DNA of 64,000 nt from Selaginella moellendorffii (GCF_000143415.4 NW_003314279.1:1102091-1166090); one strand, 5' to 3'; counted from the stretch's first letter, positions 1-12,402 are shown. A program made the numbers and translations. The notes: a model not told the origin generated them from the letters alone.

Positions 1-1534
1 TTACAGAAATTATATGGTTTTAATTTAGAAAGTTTATACTTTAGTTTTTAGTGATGAACAAAATTGTGAAATCCCAACCACCTTGCTAATGAATGACATG
101 TGCAAATCATCCAATGGCTTTAATTTTAACAAATATATTTTATAAGAATGATTTTCATGTTGTTTTTTATCCATTTGCATTAGATTCTTAAATCCTAAAA
201 TATGTAAAATTGCATTATAGTTTCATCTAGCAAGTGCTCATACTTGCCCAAATCCTTCACCATCTACTTAACTTTTTTGAAACATTATTATAGACTAATT
301 TTTTTCTTAGTAATATGGTAGCTATGGTCACTCAATTTTTTGATCATATAAATATTCAATGAGTAGCTAGATATAGTTAGCCTTTGCTAAAATATGCATC
401 ATTGTAATTCAAAAACACTTGCAGAAGCTTATGTTACAAGTTATTTCCCTTTAGTGGTGCATAGAATCCTTTTCTTATGCATTTTCTTACCATTTGTATC
501 TTGTGTCACATGACACTCTAATGATATTTGAGTAAAAAACCACCACTTATTAAAGGGAGATTCCTCATCCAAAACACTTCCACACTTTTTGATTTGCATT
601 TAAGTTGAACAAAAGTTTGCTTTCTATCCAGTAAAATCCATATAATTTTTACTAAAAGTAAAAACTATACAATTTTTTACCTGATACAAGATTCTTCATC
701 ACTCTACAAGTCTTTATTGCATCCTGTGTGGCAAACTCTAGAAACTTTTCATGTTTGACCTTAAGTAGATCCTCACTAATATACCTAAGTGCCAACAGCA
801 CATAACAAATCATTTAGTTTTGACTTACATAGCTCTTTAAATCAAATATAAGTCATAGTCATTCTTGTGAATATAAAAAGGGAAGAAAACATCAATAGAA
901 GAAATAGTGGAAGAAAAACAAAGTAGAAACTTAATTGATAGTGGCATTCATGGTACATAATGCAACTCTTCTTACTTTTACTGCTAATCTTTATATAATT
1001 AATATGGTCAACCTTATTTAATAAGATGCTCCCTAAGCATAATCACTGGGACTATGTCTAAACTCAAGACCCCTTGAGCATGGCCACTATAATATGTGTG
1101 TATGAAGCAAGGCATTTATGTCAGCTTTTATAAAAGACCCTTCTTGCCACAAAAATACAGTCACACATATTCTCTCTTGCCACGAAAATACACTCACATG
1201 TATTCTCTTATGTTCCTTTCATTCATAAGAGAAAAGAGAAAAAGTGGTGGATGTGATGGCCGAGCTCTTTTGGTATGTGTTGTACCCATATAGACTACCA
1301 GAAGAAGACTTTTGATATGTTAGAAGTTTTAGTTGAATTTCAAGGAATTCTTACATCTAATGGGACATTTTCAGTCTTTAACCAGAGAAGATCTTTGATC
1401 CACGCTAGAAAAGACAACACATTGAATACTAGTGGGAGGATACTTTGAAAATGTGTTCATTTGCACCCCTGCATCACTATGATATATATATCAATATATA
1501 TCATTGCTCTGCAATCCTAGTTTTTAGGTAGTAA

Positions 1535-3883
1535 ATGGCTATAAAATTATTTCAATGTTTTCTACTATTGTTGAGCATTCTTTGCTGCACAAGAGCTTGG
1601 GAAGTAGAAGAGCTGAATGCACTTTTGGCTTTTAAAGAAAGTGTTACAAATCATAGCAGCAGCAGTGTATTTCTGCCAAACTGGAGTAAGAGTAACTCTC
1701 AAGAACTATGCTTCTTTTGGGCAGGAGTTTCCTCCAACAACAACACTGGTCATGTTCAAGAGCTCAATTTCTCTGGCTGGATGCTTAGGGGAAACTTTAA
1801 CTCCCTCTTCTTTGGGCTTACTCATCTCACTACCATCTACCTCTCTGCTAATGCTATTCAAGGAGAAATTCCTTAGTAAGTTACACAATTTGACATCTTT
1901 GAATCTCCAAAGCAACAATTTATCCAGCAACATTCCAATTGAAATGGGAAAGCTCTTGAAGCTTAAGTACATGAAACTAAGAGATAATTTTCTCAGTGGG
2001 AACATTAGAAAAGAGTTTGGATGCTTGAAAGACCTTCAAGTTCTCAGCCTCCCCAACAATTTCTTGACTGGCCCACTCCCAAAGGAGCTTGGTTCACTAG
2101 AACAATTGCAGCTTCTTGCCCTTGGCATGAATAATATCACTGGAGAAATTCCAACTGAGCTGGGAATGCTGAAAAGGCTCGAAATACTTGGCCTCGATTA
2201 CAACTCATTGAACAGTACTATACCCGAGTCTCTTGGCAACAGCTCATCACTGGTACAAATACATGTTGGTCAAAACCCCCTTCTTCATCCCAAAATACCA
2301 ACTTCTTTAGGCCAATTGAAGAACCTTGAATATTTCTCTATGTTTGATGTTACAAGCGTTAGTGGGCAAATACCTCCTGAGGTTGGCAACTGCACCAAAC
2401 TCCAATGGTTTGACATCAATGGAGACTTCTCCATAGAACAACATATAAATGGTCCAATTCCCTTGTCACTTCTTCAAATACCATCACTGACAACACTGGG
2501 ACTCTATCATCTCAATCTTACACACTTGCAATTGCCTAACGAATTGTGGAATATGAGTCAACTTCAATATCTTAGCATGGGTAACACTGGGTGTGAAGGG
2601 ACACTTTCTTCACAAATTGGTGACATGACTAATCTCACTTATTTGAATTTGGGGACAAACACTCATATCAAGGGAGTCATACCGGAGGAGATAGACAGAT
2701 GTGAGAGATTGATGCATCTTTCTCTCGATGGTAACATGTTAAGTGGCCACATCCCACATTCGCTGGGAAAACTACACTACTTGAAGTACCTTAAACTGGG
2801 AAGCAATGGATTGAGCGGAGAGATCCCTTCATCTCTAGTGCAACTCTCCAACCTTGAGGCTTTACAGTTGGAGAATAATATTTTTACTGGAAAGATGCCT
2901 TTGTCTCTAGGACAACTCAAAAGCTTACAACTTTTATATCTATTCAATAACAAATTCGTGGGAAGGATGAAGGGCCTCCAAAAACTGGATATTTCAGCTA
3001 AGTCCTTCGAGGGGGAAATGCTGGTTGAACTGGCAAATTTCACTTCTTTGCAGCTTCTCGAATTGTCAAAGAACAACTTGACGGGAGAAATTCCATGGGA
3101 GGCATTTGAAACGTTGTGCAAGCACAACTTTCAAACCCTTGGAATGGAAAGGAACAAGCTGGTTGGACATATTCCACGTGTACTGCTTGAGAACTGCACA
3201 AAGCTGGAGCGGGAATAACTTTCTCGAAGGCACCAGCATTGACGTGAATAAACTTCCATCATTGAAGATTCTCTCACTCGCAATTAATCATCTTGGAGGC
3301 AGATTTCCTTTGCTTCCCTCTGGCAACACTAGCTTGGAGTTGATTGATCTCAAGAGAAACAACTTCTCTGGTGAGCTTCCTACATCTCTTGCTAACCTCC
3401 ACTAGTTGTGAGTTTTAAGCATGGGAGGCAACCATTTTGAAGGAGTCCTGCCAGATTTCATTTGGAGCATGAAACAGTTGCAAGTGTTGGATGTTTCCGA
3501 CAAACACTTCCATGGAGAGCTTCCTGTCAATTCATTAAGCCATCTCGAGGGTTTCAAAGTCCCCACTGAGAATGATGGGGATGGGGATCGCCTTTACCAA
3601 GAGTTGTTCCTGCAAATCAAAGGACGAGAGGATATGGGCTATAAATATGTTTTGAGGACGACTACACTGCTGGACTTGTCATCCAACTCCTTCAGTTCAA
3701 CACATTCGTCAACTCGAGCTATATTGGGAATCCAAACTTGTGTGGAAGGCCACTGAGCAAAGCATGCTCAACAAAGAGTTGTCAATGCAGATCGCCAAGA
3801 GGCAAGATCTGGATGGTGGGACGAGTTAGCATTTGGAGTTAGCTTCTTTTTGCACGTAATTAGTATGGTCAGCCTTGCTTAAT
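1535..3883 (+). pseudogene. LRR receptor-like protein pseudogene
   Basis: Signal peptide and LRR N-cap (ALLAFK..LPNW..CFFWAGV), many plant LxxLxLxxNxLxGxIP repeats, island domain (IKGREDMGYKYVLRTTTLLDLSSN) and a C-terminal TM-like segment. The sequence is split over several frames (shifts near 1873, 3215, 3700) with an in-frame stop at 3403-3405. Confidence 0.85.
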
Positions 3884-4154
3884 AACATGCTCACGATTGT
3901 GATGTAGGTGGTCTTGAACCACCGGGATTGAATGACCGCCACAAAAATAGTCTTTTCTCCTTTTCCTTTCGTTTGTAGGAGAAAAGCGATGGCTGAGCTA
4001 TTTGGTCTTTGCACCGTGTAGACTACGACAACGAGGAGGATGACTGGGAAGGTCAACCGTCACCTCCTTTCGAAGTACTTCTCATAAACTCTTCTAAACT
4101 CCTTTCTTCTTATATACTTTATATCTTGTGAAGTTCCATGGCTCCTTATGATCG

Positions 4155-5494
4155 ATGAACGCGGCCACCTATGTCCGGCTCATCAAATCTTACACCGTCT
4201 CTCGCGATCTCGTCGTCCACGCCCAGATCCTCCACTCCCATCTCGCCACCAACACCTTTCTTGCCAATCTCGTCGTTGAGATGTATGGCAACTGCGGGCG
4301 ATGCGCGAGCGGTTTTTCACTCCCTGCCCTCGCCCAATCTCTTGTCCTGGAATATCATCATCTCGGCGTGTGCCGCGAATGGGGATTTCTTCGAGGCCAT
4401 GCGCCTCTTCCACGCCACAGAGCTTGGCCACATAGGAGAAACAAGGTCTATTTTTGAGGATTTGCCACGGCGAGATCCAGTATCCTGGACTTACCTGCTT
4501 CAAGCATATGCCACACAGGGGCATCCACTGCTGGAAAAACTGACGCAAAAGTTATGTTGATCGTATGTCAAGATGCAAGCGAAAGAGGTTTTTGCCTAGA
4601 TGCGCGAGAGGGATGAGCGGCCTGGAACGCGATGACCGAGGCGGATCAGGCCAAGGAGCTCTTCGATCGGATGGACCACCGGTGCTGGAACTCCTGGGAC
4701 ACGCTGCTTCAGGGGTTTGTGGCCGATGGATCCGTGGAGCACGCCAAGGATCTGTACGATCGGATGTCCCAGGACGGGGTTCACCGTGGACGTTGATGAT
4801 TCAAGAATTTGCCCAAAGCTGGCATTTTGAGAATGCCAAGGACATTTTCACTCACATGGCACAGAGCGATGTGATTGTGTGGACTGTTTATCTGGCCGTG
4901 TTCTCGAAGGAGGGAATATTTTACTTTGCTACAGGAGTTTTCGAGAGAAAATTACAGGCAAATCTTGTCTCTTGGGCTGCAATCGTTGCAGCAAATGCCC
5001 AAAACGGGGATCTTGGACGCGCGAAAGAGCTGCTTGATTGCATGCCCGAAAGCACTGTCTTCTTCCTGCCCTCTTCGACTCAATGCAGGAAAGAGATACT
5101 CTTGGACCGCGCTCGCAACAGTTAATGCCCACGCGGGGCATCACGCCGCCGTCCAGCTGCTCTTCACATCGATGCTGCTCGACGGGATCAAGCCGGACGA
5201 GCTGACGTTCGTGTGCCTGCTCTCGTCGGTGGCCTACACGGGCATCCTGGACGAGGTCCGAGAGAGGTTCATGGCAATGGTGGCGGACAATTTCGTGGCA
5301 GCACTACTGCTGCCTCATCGCAGCGCTGGCGAGGGCGGGGAGGCTGGATGACACTCTTGTCAGCGTCAAGAAACGACACTGATTTGGTGCGTGGGCGTCA
5401 CGCAGCGCAGCATGTCATGAGGATCAAACCGCAAGACTCCGCATCGTACGTGCTGCTCTTCAACTTCTACACTCAGCAAGCTCTGAAAATGTAG
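4155..5494 (+). pseudogene. PLS-class PPR (E-type) pseudogene
   Basis: PPR motifs (NTFLANLVVEMYGNCG, SWNIIISA, GIKPDELTFVCLLS, PQDSASYVLL) scattered over several frames. Confidence 0.8.
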
Positions 5495-5546
5495 TAATGA
5501 AATAGACTAGCAAGCTCTGAAAATGGAAAGAGCGAAAACGATTTTA

Positions 5547-5618
5547 CGCCGTTGCCGGGGATCGAACCCGGGTCGTCCGCGTGACAGGCGGAAATACTCA
5601 CCACTATACTACAACGAC
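5547..5618 (-). tRNA. tRNA-Asp(GTC)
   Basis: Reverse complement GTCGTTGTAGTATAGTGGTGAGTATTTCCGCCTGTCACGCGGACGACCCGGGTTCGATCCCCGGCAACGGCG; 72 nt, intact A/B boxes, GTC anticodon, T-run downstream. Confidence 0.97.
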
Positions 5619-5788
5619 TTTTGCTTGTGTAATCTGGATTATCAGGGGTCAAACTAGTCGGAACAAACTGGAATGTTTATCTGATAACGTACGGCACTTT
5701 CATTGCAGTAAGACGCGTGTGTTTGTATCCGTCTCCTTCGCAATGAGTCTCTTGCTAGTGCGCTGCAATCTTTCATTTGGATCCATCG

Positions 5789-6118
5789 ATGTCTTTTGCA
5801 ATGAGTCCCTTGCTCGCGATCGCTCTGGGCGTCCCGGCACTCACAGCGCTCTTCTACCTATGCAATCGCCTCCACTTGGCTAGGAGCGCGAAACTGGACG
5901 AAGAAGCCAGGAGCATTCTAATGGCGCAGCCCCGTGAGCGCGCTCCATATCCATCTCCGCCAAGGCAAGCGCAGTTCTACCAAGAAGAATGGACTGACGA
6001 GGAAGACGATGATTTCGAGGGAGCTGGGCCACTACAAACCTGTATTCCATCCAGGATGTATGCGATCTCACCACAAGAACTTCAATGTCGGTGTGGATCT
6101 CTCGCAGGTAAGATCTAA
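5789..6118 (+). CDS. Small putative single-pass membrane protein (N-terminal TM, acidic tract)
   Basis: Hydrophobic LLAIALGVPALTALFYLC followed by a Pro-rich and acidic (EEWTDEEDDDFE) tail; no recognised domain. Confidence 0.35.
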   Translation: MSFAMSPLLAIALGVPALTALFYLCNRLHLARSAKLDEEARSILMAQPRERAPYPSPPRQAQFYQEEWTDEEDDDFEGAGPLQTCIPSRMYAISPQELQCRCGSLAGKI

Positions 6119-6184
6119 TTAAGAACCATTCTAGTAGAGAATTAAGAGTTTTTTTTACCAAGTAGTAACCAAAAGAGGCAATGA

Positions 6185-7768
6185 ATGACGAGCAGGCAAT
6201 GGATGAGCCGGGACGAGCTTTTGCTTCGTTTGCAGTCGTGCAGGGACTTACGGGCAGCCGAGGCGCTCCACGCCCGCGCTCGATCGATCGCCCGCCATGA
6301 GGATATATTCCTTCTCAACCATGTCATCCAGATGTTTGGCAACTGCGGCGCTGCCTACCATGCACGGCTCGTCTTCGATGCCATCGAGCCCAAGGATTCC
6401 TTTTCCTGGGATTTCATGCTCATTGCCTACTCACGCAGCTCCCGGTTGCGAGAGGCTAAGGCCTTGTTCGATGCGATGCCCCGGTGGAATCTCGTCGCCT
6501 GGAACGTTATGCTGTGCCTGTATGCCCAGACTGGGCATTTGGAGGGCGCAAAGAACCTCTTTGATGGGATGCAAAGCTACGACCTTGTATCGTTAAATGC
6601 CTTGATTTCTGCTTACGCTATCAATGGCCACACTATAAAGGCTAAAGAGTTGTTTGATTCCATGCCTTTATGGGATATCATATCGTTTACAACCATGTTT
6701 ACAGCTTATGCCCAGAGCAGGCATCATGGAATCAGCGATATTTTGCTTGATTTCATGCCGGAGTGGGATATGGTGTCACTGACAACTGTGGTATCATCTA
6801 GCAATGTTAAGGATGCAGAGAGAGCATTCGATCAAATGCAACAGACGGATGTAGTCTCCTGGAACGCTCTTTTGACGGCATATGCCCAACATGGTTACCT
6901 TTCCCGATGTGAACGGACCTACTTACAAATGCCTGAACACGATACAGTATCACACAATGTTATGCTGGCAGTGTACACGTCTTTTAGATGCATTGAAGAT
7001 GCAAAATGCATCTTTGACGCTATTCCAGCGTTGAGCTTGGCATCTTGGAACACACTTCTTGCCGCATATGCCCAAAGTGGGTATCTGGATGATGCAGAAC
7101 GTTTGCTGGAAAACATGCCTGCTCCCGACTGCGTGTCGTGGACAGTAATGCTTTGTGGCTATACGCAGCACGGCCGCCTCCATGACGCGCTAATCCTCTT
7201 CCACGGAATGCCCGAGCGCGATCTCGTCTCTTGGAACGCAGTGTTGTGGGCAATCACGCAGCACGGGGATCTGGATGCTGCGAGAAAGTTCTTTGAGCAA
7301 TTTCCGACGACGAATCTCGTGTCATGGAGCACTCTCCTCACGGCATACGCACAGAGGGGGCGTTCCAAAGACGCGATTCAGCTGTTTGATGCGATGAAGC
7401 TGTGTGAGGAGCCGGACGAGGTGTGCTTCGTTTCGGCAATCTTGGCTTGTAGCCATGGTGGCAAGGTCCATGCCGGGAGGGCGTGGTTCGTGTCCATGGC
7501 CTTTGATTTCGAGCTTGAGGCTACCAAGCAGCACTACTGCTGCATGGTGGACTTGCTCGCCCGGGGTGGCTATTTGGACGACTCCAAGGAGCTCATCCAC
7601 GACATGCCTTTTGTTCCCGATTTCCTGGAGTGGACGTGCCTTCTCGGGGCCACCAGGAGCAGCCCTCGCAAAGAAAGCTTGAGAGAAATGCGAAGAGCGT
7701 TTGATCTGGAGCCGGAGAGTGCTGCATCGTATGTGCTGGTGGCAAACGCGTCCACTCCAATGAAGTGA
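6185..7768 (+). CDS. PLS-class pentatricopeptide repeat protein with E domain (candidate RNA-editing factor)
   Basis: 527-aa intronless ORF with repeated SWNxLLxAYAQxG motifs and C-terminal HYCCMVDLLARGG...ASYVLVAN; no DYW domain. Confidence 0.92.
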   Translation: MTSRQWMSRDELLLRLQSCRDLRAAEALHARARSIARHEDIFLLNHVIQMFGNCGAAYHARLVFDAIEPKDSFSWDFMLIAYSRSSRLREAKALFDAMPRWNLVAWNVMLCLYAQTGHLEGAKNLFDGMQSYDLVSLNALISAYAINGHTIKAKELFDSMPLWDIISFTTMFTAYAQSRHHGISDILLDFMPEWDMVSLTTVVSSSNVKDAERAFDQMQQTDVVSWNALLTAYAQHGYLSRCERTYLQMPEHDTVSHNVMLAVYTSFRCIEDAKCIFDAIPALSLASWNTLLAAYAQSGYLDDAERLLENMPAPDCVSWTVMLCGYTQHGRLHDALILFHGMPERDLVSWNAVLWAITQHGDLDAARKFFEQFPTTNLVSWSTLLTAYAQRGRSKDAIQLFDAMKLCEEPDEVCFVSAILACSHGGKVHAGRAWFVSMAFDFELEATKQHYCCMVDLLARGGYLDDSKELIHDMPFVPDFLEWTCLLGATRSSPRKESLREMRRAFDLEPESAASYVLVANASTPMK

Positions 7769-8612
7769 ATTGTCACCAAATGATTTTGTTTCGCGATCAA
7801 CACCACTAGCATGCTATTCACCCCGGCTGCTTCATGAGAATGTTAACGCCCAGAGCGCAATGTTGCAACTCCTTGGGATCGGAGATGGAGTTTGGCCTTG
7901 AGCTTGAGCTCGCCATCTCAACACACACATATCTCTCTTTGTTCTCTATGACTACATCCTGCTGTCGATTCAAGCATTTACACAAAACAGGCATTTTTAA
8001 ATACCAGCACAATCTTACAGCCGTGTCTGCTGCATTCTTTTCCTTGCTTCCCGAATGTCAAGAAGGTCCACTTAAAACATGGTGGTGGAACTTTATAGAC
8101 ATTTTATATAAAACTGGCCCCCATATTTGCAGCAAATGAATGCCACACTTTGACTGTTTGCATAAGCGCACCAAATCTATATGAAACTCTAAGCCACTAA
8201 ATTGATCTTTGACTAAAGTGATAGAGACAACCTCCAGAAACAGCAAATGCCCAGGGAGGGTATCACATCCACAGTTGAAGCATCGATGGGTCAAGCCCAA
8301 CGAGCTCCAGTGGCATCGCTCTTTGAGAACGACTTTTAGTTCTTTCTTTTCAAAAGTAAATGCGCTTGAAAGAAGCGTTTAAGCGAGAGAGCTACAGCGT
8401 TTTCTTGACTTGGGCAAATTTCAAACAGGCGTTTCACAGCGATAAGCCCCGCGCTACGCTCCAAAGGCTCTTGGCGGATAAGAGACTTCCTTGCTTTGAT
8501 TAATATCCATCCTCTTAATTCTTTGGGCTGCCAATCTTCTTTCTTTTTCTCCTCTCGAGCTAAGCAGCAAGCAAAGCGAGCCATCAATCATCATCATCCA
8601 GAGGATAAATTA

Positions 8613-9029
8613 ATGGATGGTCGCAGCTCCGCTGCCCATCTTGCGACCAAAGGTCTGTGGCTCCTCGTCTTTGCGTGCTTCGTCTTCGCGGCCTCGGTGC
8701 TGGGCTGCCTGTGGCTCTGCTTCCGCCTCCTCGGGCAGCAAGAGATCGACGACGCAATCGCCGCGGAGGGCGACGCCGCCATCGCCGCCGCGCGCCGCAT
8801 CCGAATCCCCACGCTCAATTACTCCGCCCTCGAGATCAAGAGCCCGGCCACCGCCGCCGCCGCCGACTGCTGCCCCATCTGCCTCGCTCCCTTCCGCGAG
8901 GAGCTCGTCAAGAAAATGCCCGTGTGCTGCCACTACTTCCACCCGGGATGCATCGACTTGTGGCTGGATTCGCACACCTCGTGCCCAGTTTGCCGGGAAG
9001 AGCTTCGTCTCGCGTCTGCCGAGCCCTAA
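8613..9029 (+). CDS. ATL-type RING-H2 E3 ligase (1 of 9)
   Basis: N-terminal TM, CPIC...CCHYFHPGCIDLW...CPVC RING-H2. Confidence 0.9.
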   Translation: MDGRSSAAHLATKGLWLLVFACFVFAASVLGCLWLCFRLLGQQEIDDAIAAEGDAAIAAARRIRIPTLNYSALEIKSPATAAAADCCPICLAPFREELVKKMPVCCHYFHPGCIDLWLDSHTSCPVCREELRLASAEP

Positions 9030-9264
9030 AAACAGAGTGCCCGCTTCCCAAGAACCCTAAAAACAGGGGACTCTGTTTGGGTTGTGACAATGTCTACTGC
9101 CACTGACGTGCGGGAGATGAATGGGAACACGATCTCCTCCAGGCATTAAAAAATTGGTCCACAAGTTCGCTTGTTTCAAAGTCAAATCTGCAACTTGGCT
9201 GAGGGAAGAGGAGCGAATTCTTCCCTCCTCGCTGGATTGCTCCACTGGTGGCAAGCTGGGAGCC

Positions 9265-9783
9265 ATGGAATCAACGCAATCGGCACAGGATCCAGCGAAT
9301 GGCCATCACCATCGATCGCAGCACAGCACACGCGCCGCCCTCAATCAAATCGGCGCCAAGGGCGGCATCGCCATCGTCGTGGGATCGCTCTTCGCGGCGG
9401 TGGTGAGCATGTGTGTGGTGGCGTTCTGCGTGTGGATGTGGGGCAACAGGGGCGGCAGTGGATCGATCGACCAGGAGCAGCAGCAGCTGGGCGATCATCA
9501 TCAGCCGCGAGCAATCGCGTCGCAGGGGCTGAGCAGCAAGGCGATCGACAGGATCCCCAAGGTGAGCCTCGCGACGCTCTTCCAGATTCGCGGCTCCAGC
9601 GACGTGTGCTGCCCGGTGTGCTTGACCGAGTTCCAGGCGTCGGATCACAGCGACACCATCTGGCTCATCCCGGGCTGCAACCATTCCTTCCACTCGGAGT
9701 GCATCCAAAAGTGGCTCGCGGCCCACACGTCGTGCCCGGTGTGCCGGGTGACGATCAAAGACTCGTTCTCTCCCACAAGATGA
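9265..9783 (+). CDS. ATL-type RING-H2 E3 ligase (2 of 9)
   Basis: TM, GLD-like GLSSKAIDRIP, CPVC...CNHSFHSECIQKW...CPVC. An in-frame upstream ATG at 9121 is also possible. Confidence 0.92.
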   Translation: MESTQSAQDPANGHHHRSQHSTRAALNQIGAKGGIAIVVGSLFAAVVSMCVVAFCVWMWGNRGGSGSIDQEQQQLGDHHQPRAIASQGLSSKAIDRIPKVSLATLFQIRGSSDVCCPVCLTEFQASDHSDTIWLIPGCNHSFHSECIQKWLAAHTSCPVCRVTIKDSFSPTR

Positions 9784-9823
9784 AAGAAGATAAACCCTAA
9801 AGTTTGAACTTTTGAGAAAAGCC

Positions 9824-9885
9824 TGTGGCTGCTGGGATTCGAGCCCACGGCCACAACGTGGAATTCTAACCTAAACTGCAGCCAC
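9824..9885 (-). pseudogene. tRNA-His(GTG) pseudogene with internal deletions
   Basis: Reverse complement GTGGCTGCAGTTTAGGTTAGAATTCCACGTTGTGGCCGTGGGCTCGAATCCCAGCAGCCACA (62 nt) resembles plant tRNA-His but lacks about 2 nt of the D loop and about 8 nt of the variable loop/T stem. Confidence 0.85.
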
Positions 9886-10021
9886 ATTAGTTACTGTGTA
9901 TGAGATTGGTATGATTTGAATGATAAAATTCTTGACTTAGCTTTACCACAGCACTTTCCTGAAAAAATGTAGGCATGTTCTAAGCTATTATTTGTATGAA
10001 AAACAGGAGAGGATGTTTTGC

Positions 10022-10340
10022 ATGGTTGATTTAGTAGCTATGTTCCTCCTCGAATCTCAATCTCCAGGCGCTTTGCCCTCTGTGGCCAGCCATCGCAATT
10101 TCAGGGTGGCGGTGATTGGGGTTCTATTGATCGCCATTCTGGTTGTGTGTATTGCCTTGGTATGGGCTTTGGTCCTATTGAGCTGCAAGAAGATGTAAGT
10201 AAAGTTCTCTCTATTTTCTCTACAATCTGAACAGAGAGACTCATGCCAAAAATCTACTATTCAGGCACAAGGCGTGCGGTGAGTGCCATGCGAGGAACCA
10301 AGTCGTAAACCCCTCGACCACAAAACCAAGTTCGTGGTGA
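10022..10340 (+). CDS. Small two-exon single-pass membrane protein, ATL-like TM without RING
   Basis: TM VAVIGVLLIAILVVCIALVWALVLL; GTAAGT...TCAG intron 10195-10264 gives the tail MHKACGECHARNQVVNPSTTKPSSW*. Confidence 0.5.
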
Positions 10341-11326
10341 CTTTGAGAGGAACATGTAGCGAGTGATAGTGGATCAAAATTCTCGTTTTCTTCCCAGTTT
10401 TGATTCGAAACCTTGGAGCTGGCTTGTCGCATGAAAAACGTGATAGAAGGAACAAAGAGGCGCCTGCTATTCCCCAGTGCTTGGAGCTCCAGCCACCGCT
10501 CCTTTTCGCCTCCGCCGAATCCCTTCCTCTAGAAGAGAGCACTGATCGATCGGGTCATTGGATCCGAGCGAGTCGCCCAGAAATCTGGAAATCAGTGGGC
10601 AGCTTCGAAGCCACGCGTGGGTGTTGGCCACCACTGGATTCGGTCCAAAGTTCCCGGACCCCACACTCTCTAGTAGAATTGGAAACAAGAACACACACTA
10701 CTCGACCGCCCCCCTTGCTGGGGCTTTCGTTCGTCGCCCAAATTGGAGCGAGCACCCACGAATTGGGAGGTGATAGTCGAAGAGAACGTTTCTATATGGA
10801 ATTGGGCTTTAGATCGCACTCGACACTGGAGAAGAACACGTTCTTGTCAACGACAGGGATTGTTTTTTGAGGTGGCGGGAAATCTTTTTCTTAAAATTGC
10901 CTATAGTCTATACCACCACTAGCCGGGTTTCTGGAGCCACTGAAAGAGATTGCCATGCCATGCGACCGAAATAAACGAACCCCCCGCCGACAAGAATCTA
11001 CACTCGCAAATAGCCACAGAAAAAGAGAAAAAATGAGGAATTTTCTTTCTTCCAGAATTCCAGGCGAAAAGGAGACTTGAAACTTCAATGGCGCTGTGGA
11101 CCATGGCCAGCTTTGAATATCTCTCAACACGTAGCAAACATTAGCTGGATAGGGAATCTACTTTTCAGGAAATTTTACCCCGCCGCCACCTCGTTTTTTA
11201 CCTGCGAGCATCTTTGTAAAAACCAGTGTATGGGGTATATTCCAGTCGCCGAATATGCCCGCCCTCGAAACCATTTAATCGGGGGTTTGCTCGAGCGAGG
11301 GAAGTGAAAGAGAGAAGGGAAGGGAA

Positions 11327-12085
11327 ATGGACAGAGAGCTTGCTGGAGCCCATCCATCCCCGGCGCCCACGATCGCGATCGCCGCTGCCGCCGCGGGATC
11401 CTCCAGCTTCGCGATGATCCTCTCGGCGCTGCTGATCGTGGCGACGATCATGGGCGCCATGGCCTTCTGCGTGTGGATGTGTGGATGCAGCCCCGAGGAC
11501 GTGATCCGGGCACGCAGCGGCGGCGCGGGCGATGGCGCGAGCGATAGATCAGCGCTGCCAGCGGCCAAGGCGGGGATGAGCAAGCAAGCGATTGAGAAAG
11601 CTCTGCCGGTGATGAGCTATGGCGCGGCGCGGATGCTGGCCTCGCAGAGGACGAAGAACCCCGAGCTGGGCTGCTGCTCCATCTGCCTGGCGGAGTTTGG
11701 CAAGCAGGACGATTTCATCCGGATGATGCCCAGCTGCGGGCATTGCTTCCACTCGGAATGTATCGCGCTGTGGCTCGTCGCGCACAGCTCCTGCCCGGTC
11801 TGCCGCCGGAGCTTGATCGGGCTGGAGACGCAGTGCTGCAAGAATTGCGGAAGAATCACGGCGAGCAATCCTCAAGCTCCTCCTCCTCCTCCATCTCCTC
11901 TACCGCCGCCGCCGCCGCCCACCACGCGTGACCTCAGCTTTAGCGAGGCTGTTGCTTGCTACTCGGTCCAATTGCAAACAGCGACAATGCCAATCCCAAC
12001 TCCCGAGCCGAGCAGGACGATTCAGCTAGAAGAGGTTGTGATCGAGGTGCCACCTGATGATTTTCGTCGCGATCACCATCACTAG
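11327..12085 (+). CDS. ATL-type RING-H2 E3 ligase (3 of 9)
   Basis: TM, GMSKQAIEKALP, CSIC...CGHCFHSECIALW...CPVC, Pro-rich tail. Confidence 0.93.
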   Translation: MDRELAGAHPSPAPTIAIAAAAAGSSSFAMILSALLIVATIMGAMAFCVWMCGCSPEDVIRARSGGAGDGASDRSALPAAKAGMSKQAIEKALPVMSYGAARMLASQRTKNPELGCCSICLAEFGKQDDFIRMMPSCGHCFHSECIALWLVAHSSCPVCRRSLIGLETQCCKNCGRITASNPQAPPPPPSPLPPPPPPTTRDLSFSEAVACYSVQLQTATMPIPTPEPSRTIQLEEVVIEVPPDDFRRDHHH

Positions 12086-12402
12086 CGCCCAGTGAATGCT
12101 CTGTTCCTGGCGCGGAAAATTCGTGTACATTTTGTGTTGTAACAAAGAAAAGAGAAGAATTTCAGGTCTGCGATTGTCGCTTCGCCTACGCACTGATTCC
12201 CGCGCACTCAACCACTTCTCGTCCTGGGCGTGGAGAAAAAATTGGCTTTGGTCACCAGCGCACCATCGCTCTCCCTCCTCCGGTGTTTTAGGGTTCTTCG
12301 CGAGAACGAGAAAGATTGACAGAGATCTTTTAAGCTCTCTCACCTCATCCCGACCGTTAAAAGATTTATGTGGTCTCTAGGGTTTTGAAGGTCGCGCGAG
12401 CA

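Noticed and set aside
1-1500. AT-rich region possibly a decayed transposon; short direct repeat at about 1143-1210
   Set aside because: No recognisable termini or protein motif.
7818-8587. Short - strand ORFs with possible splice sites
   Set aside because: Could not assemble an open model or recognise a domain.
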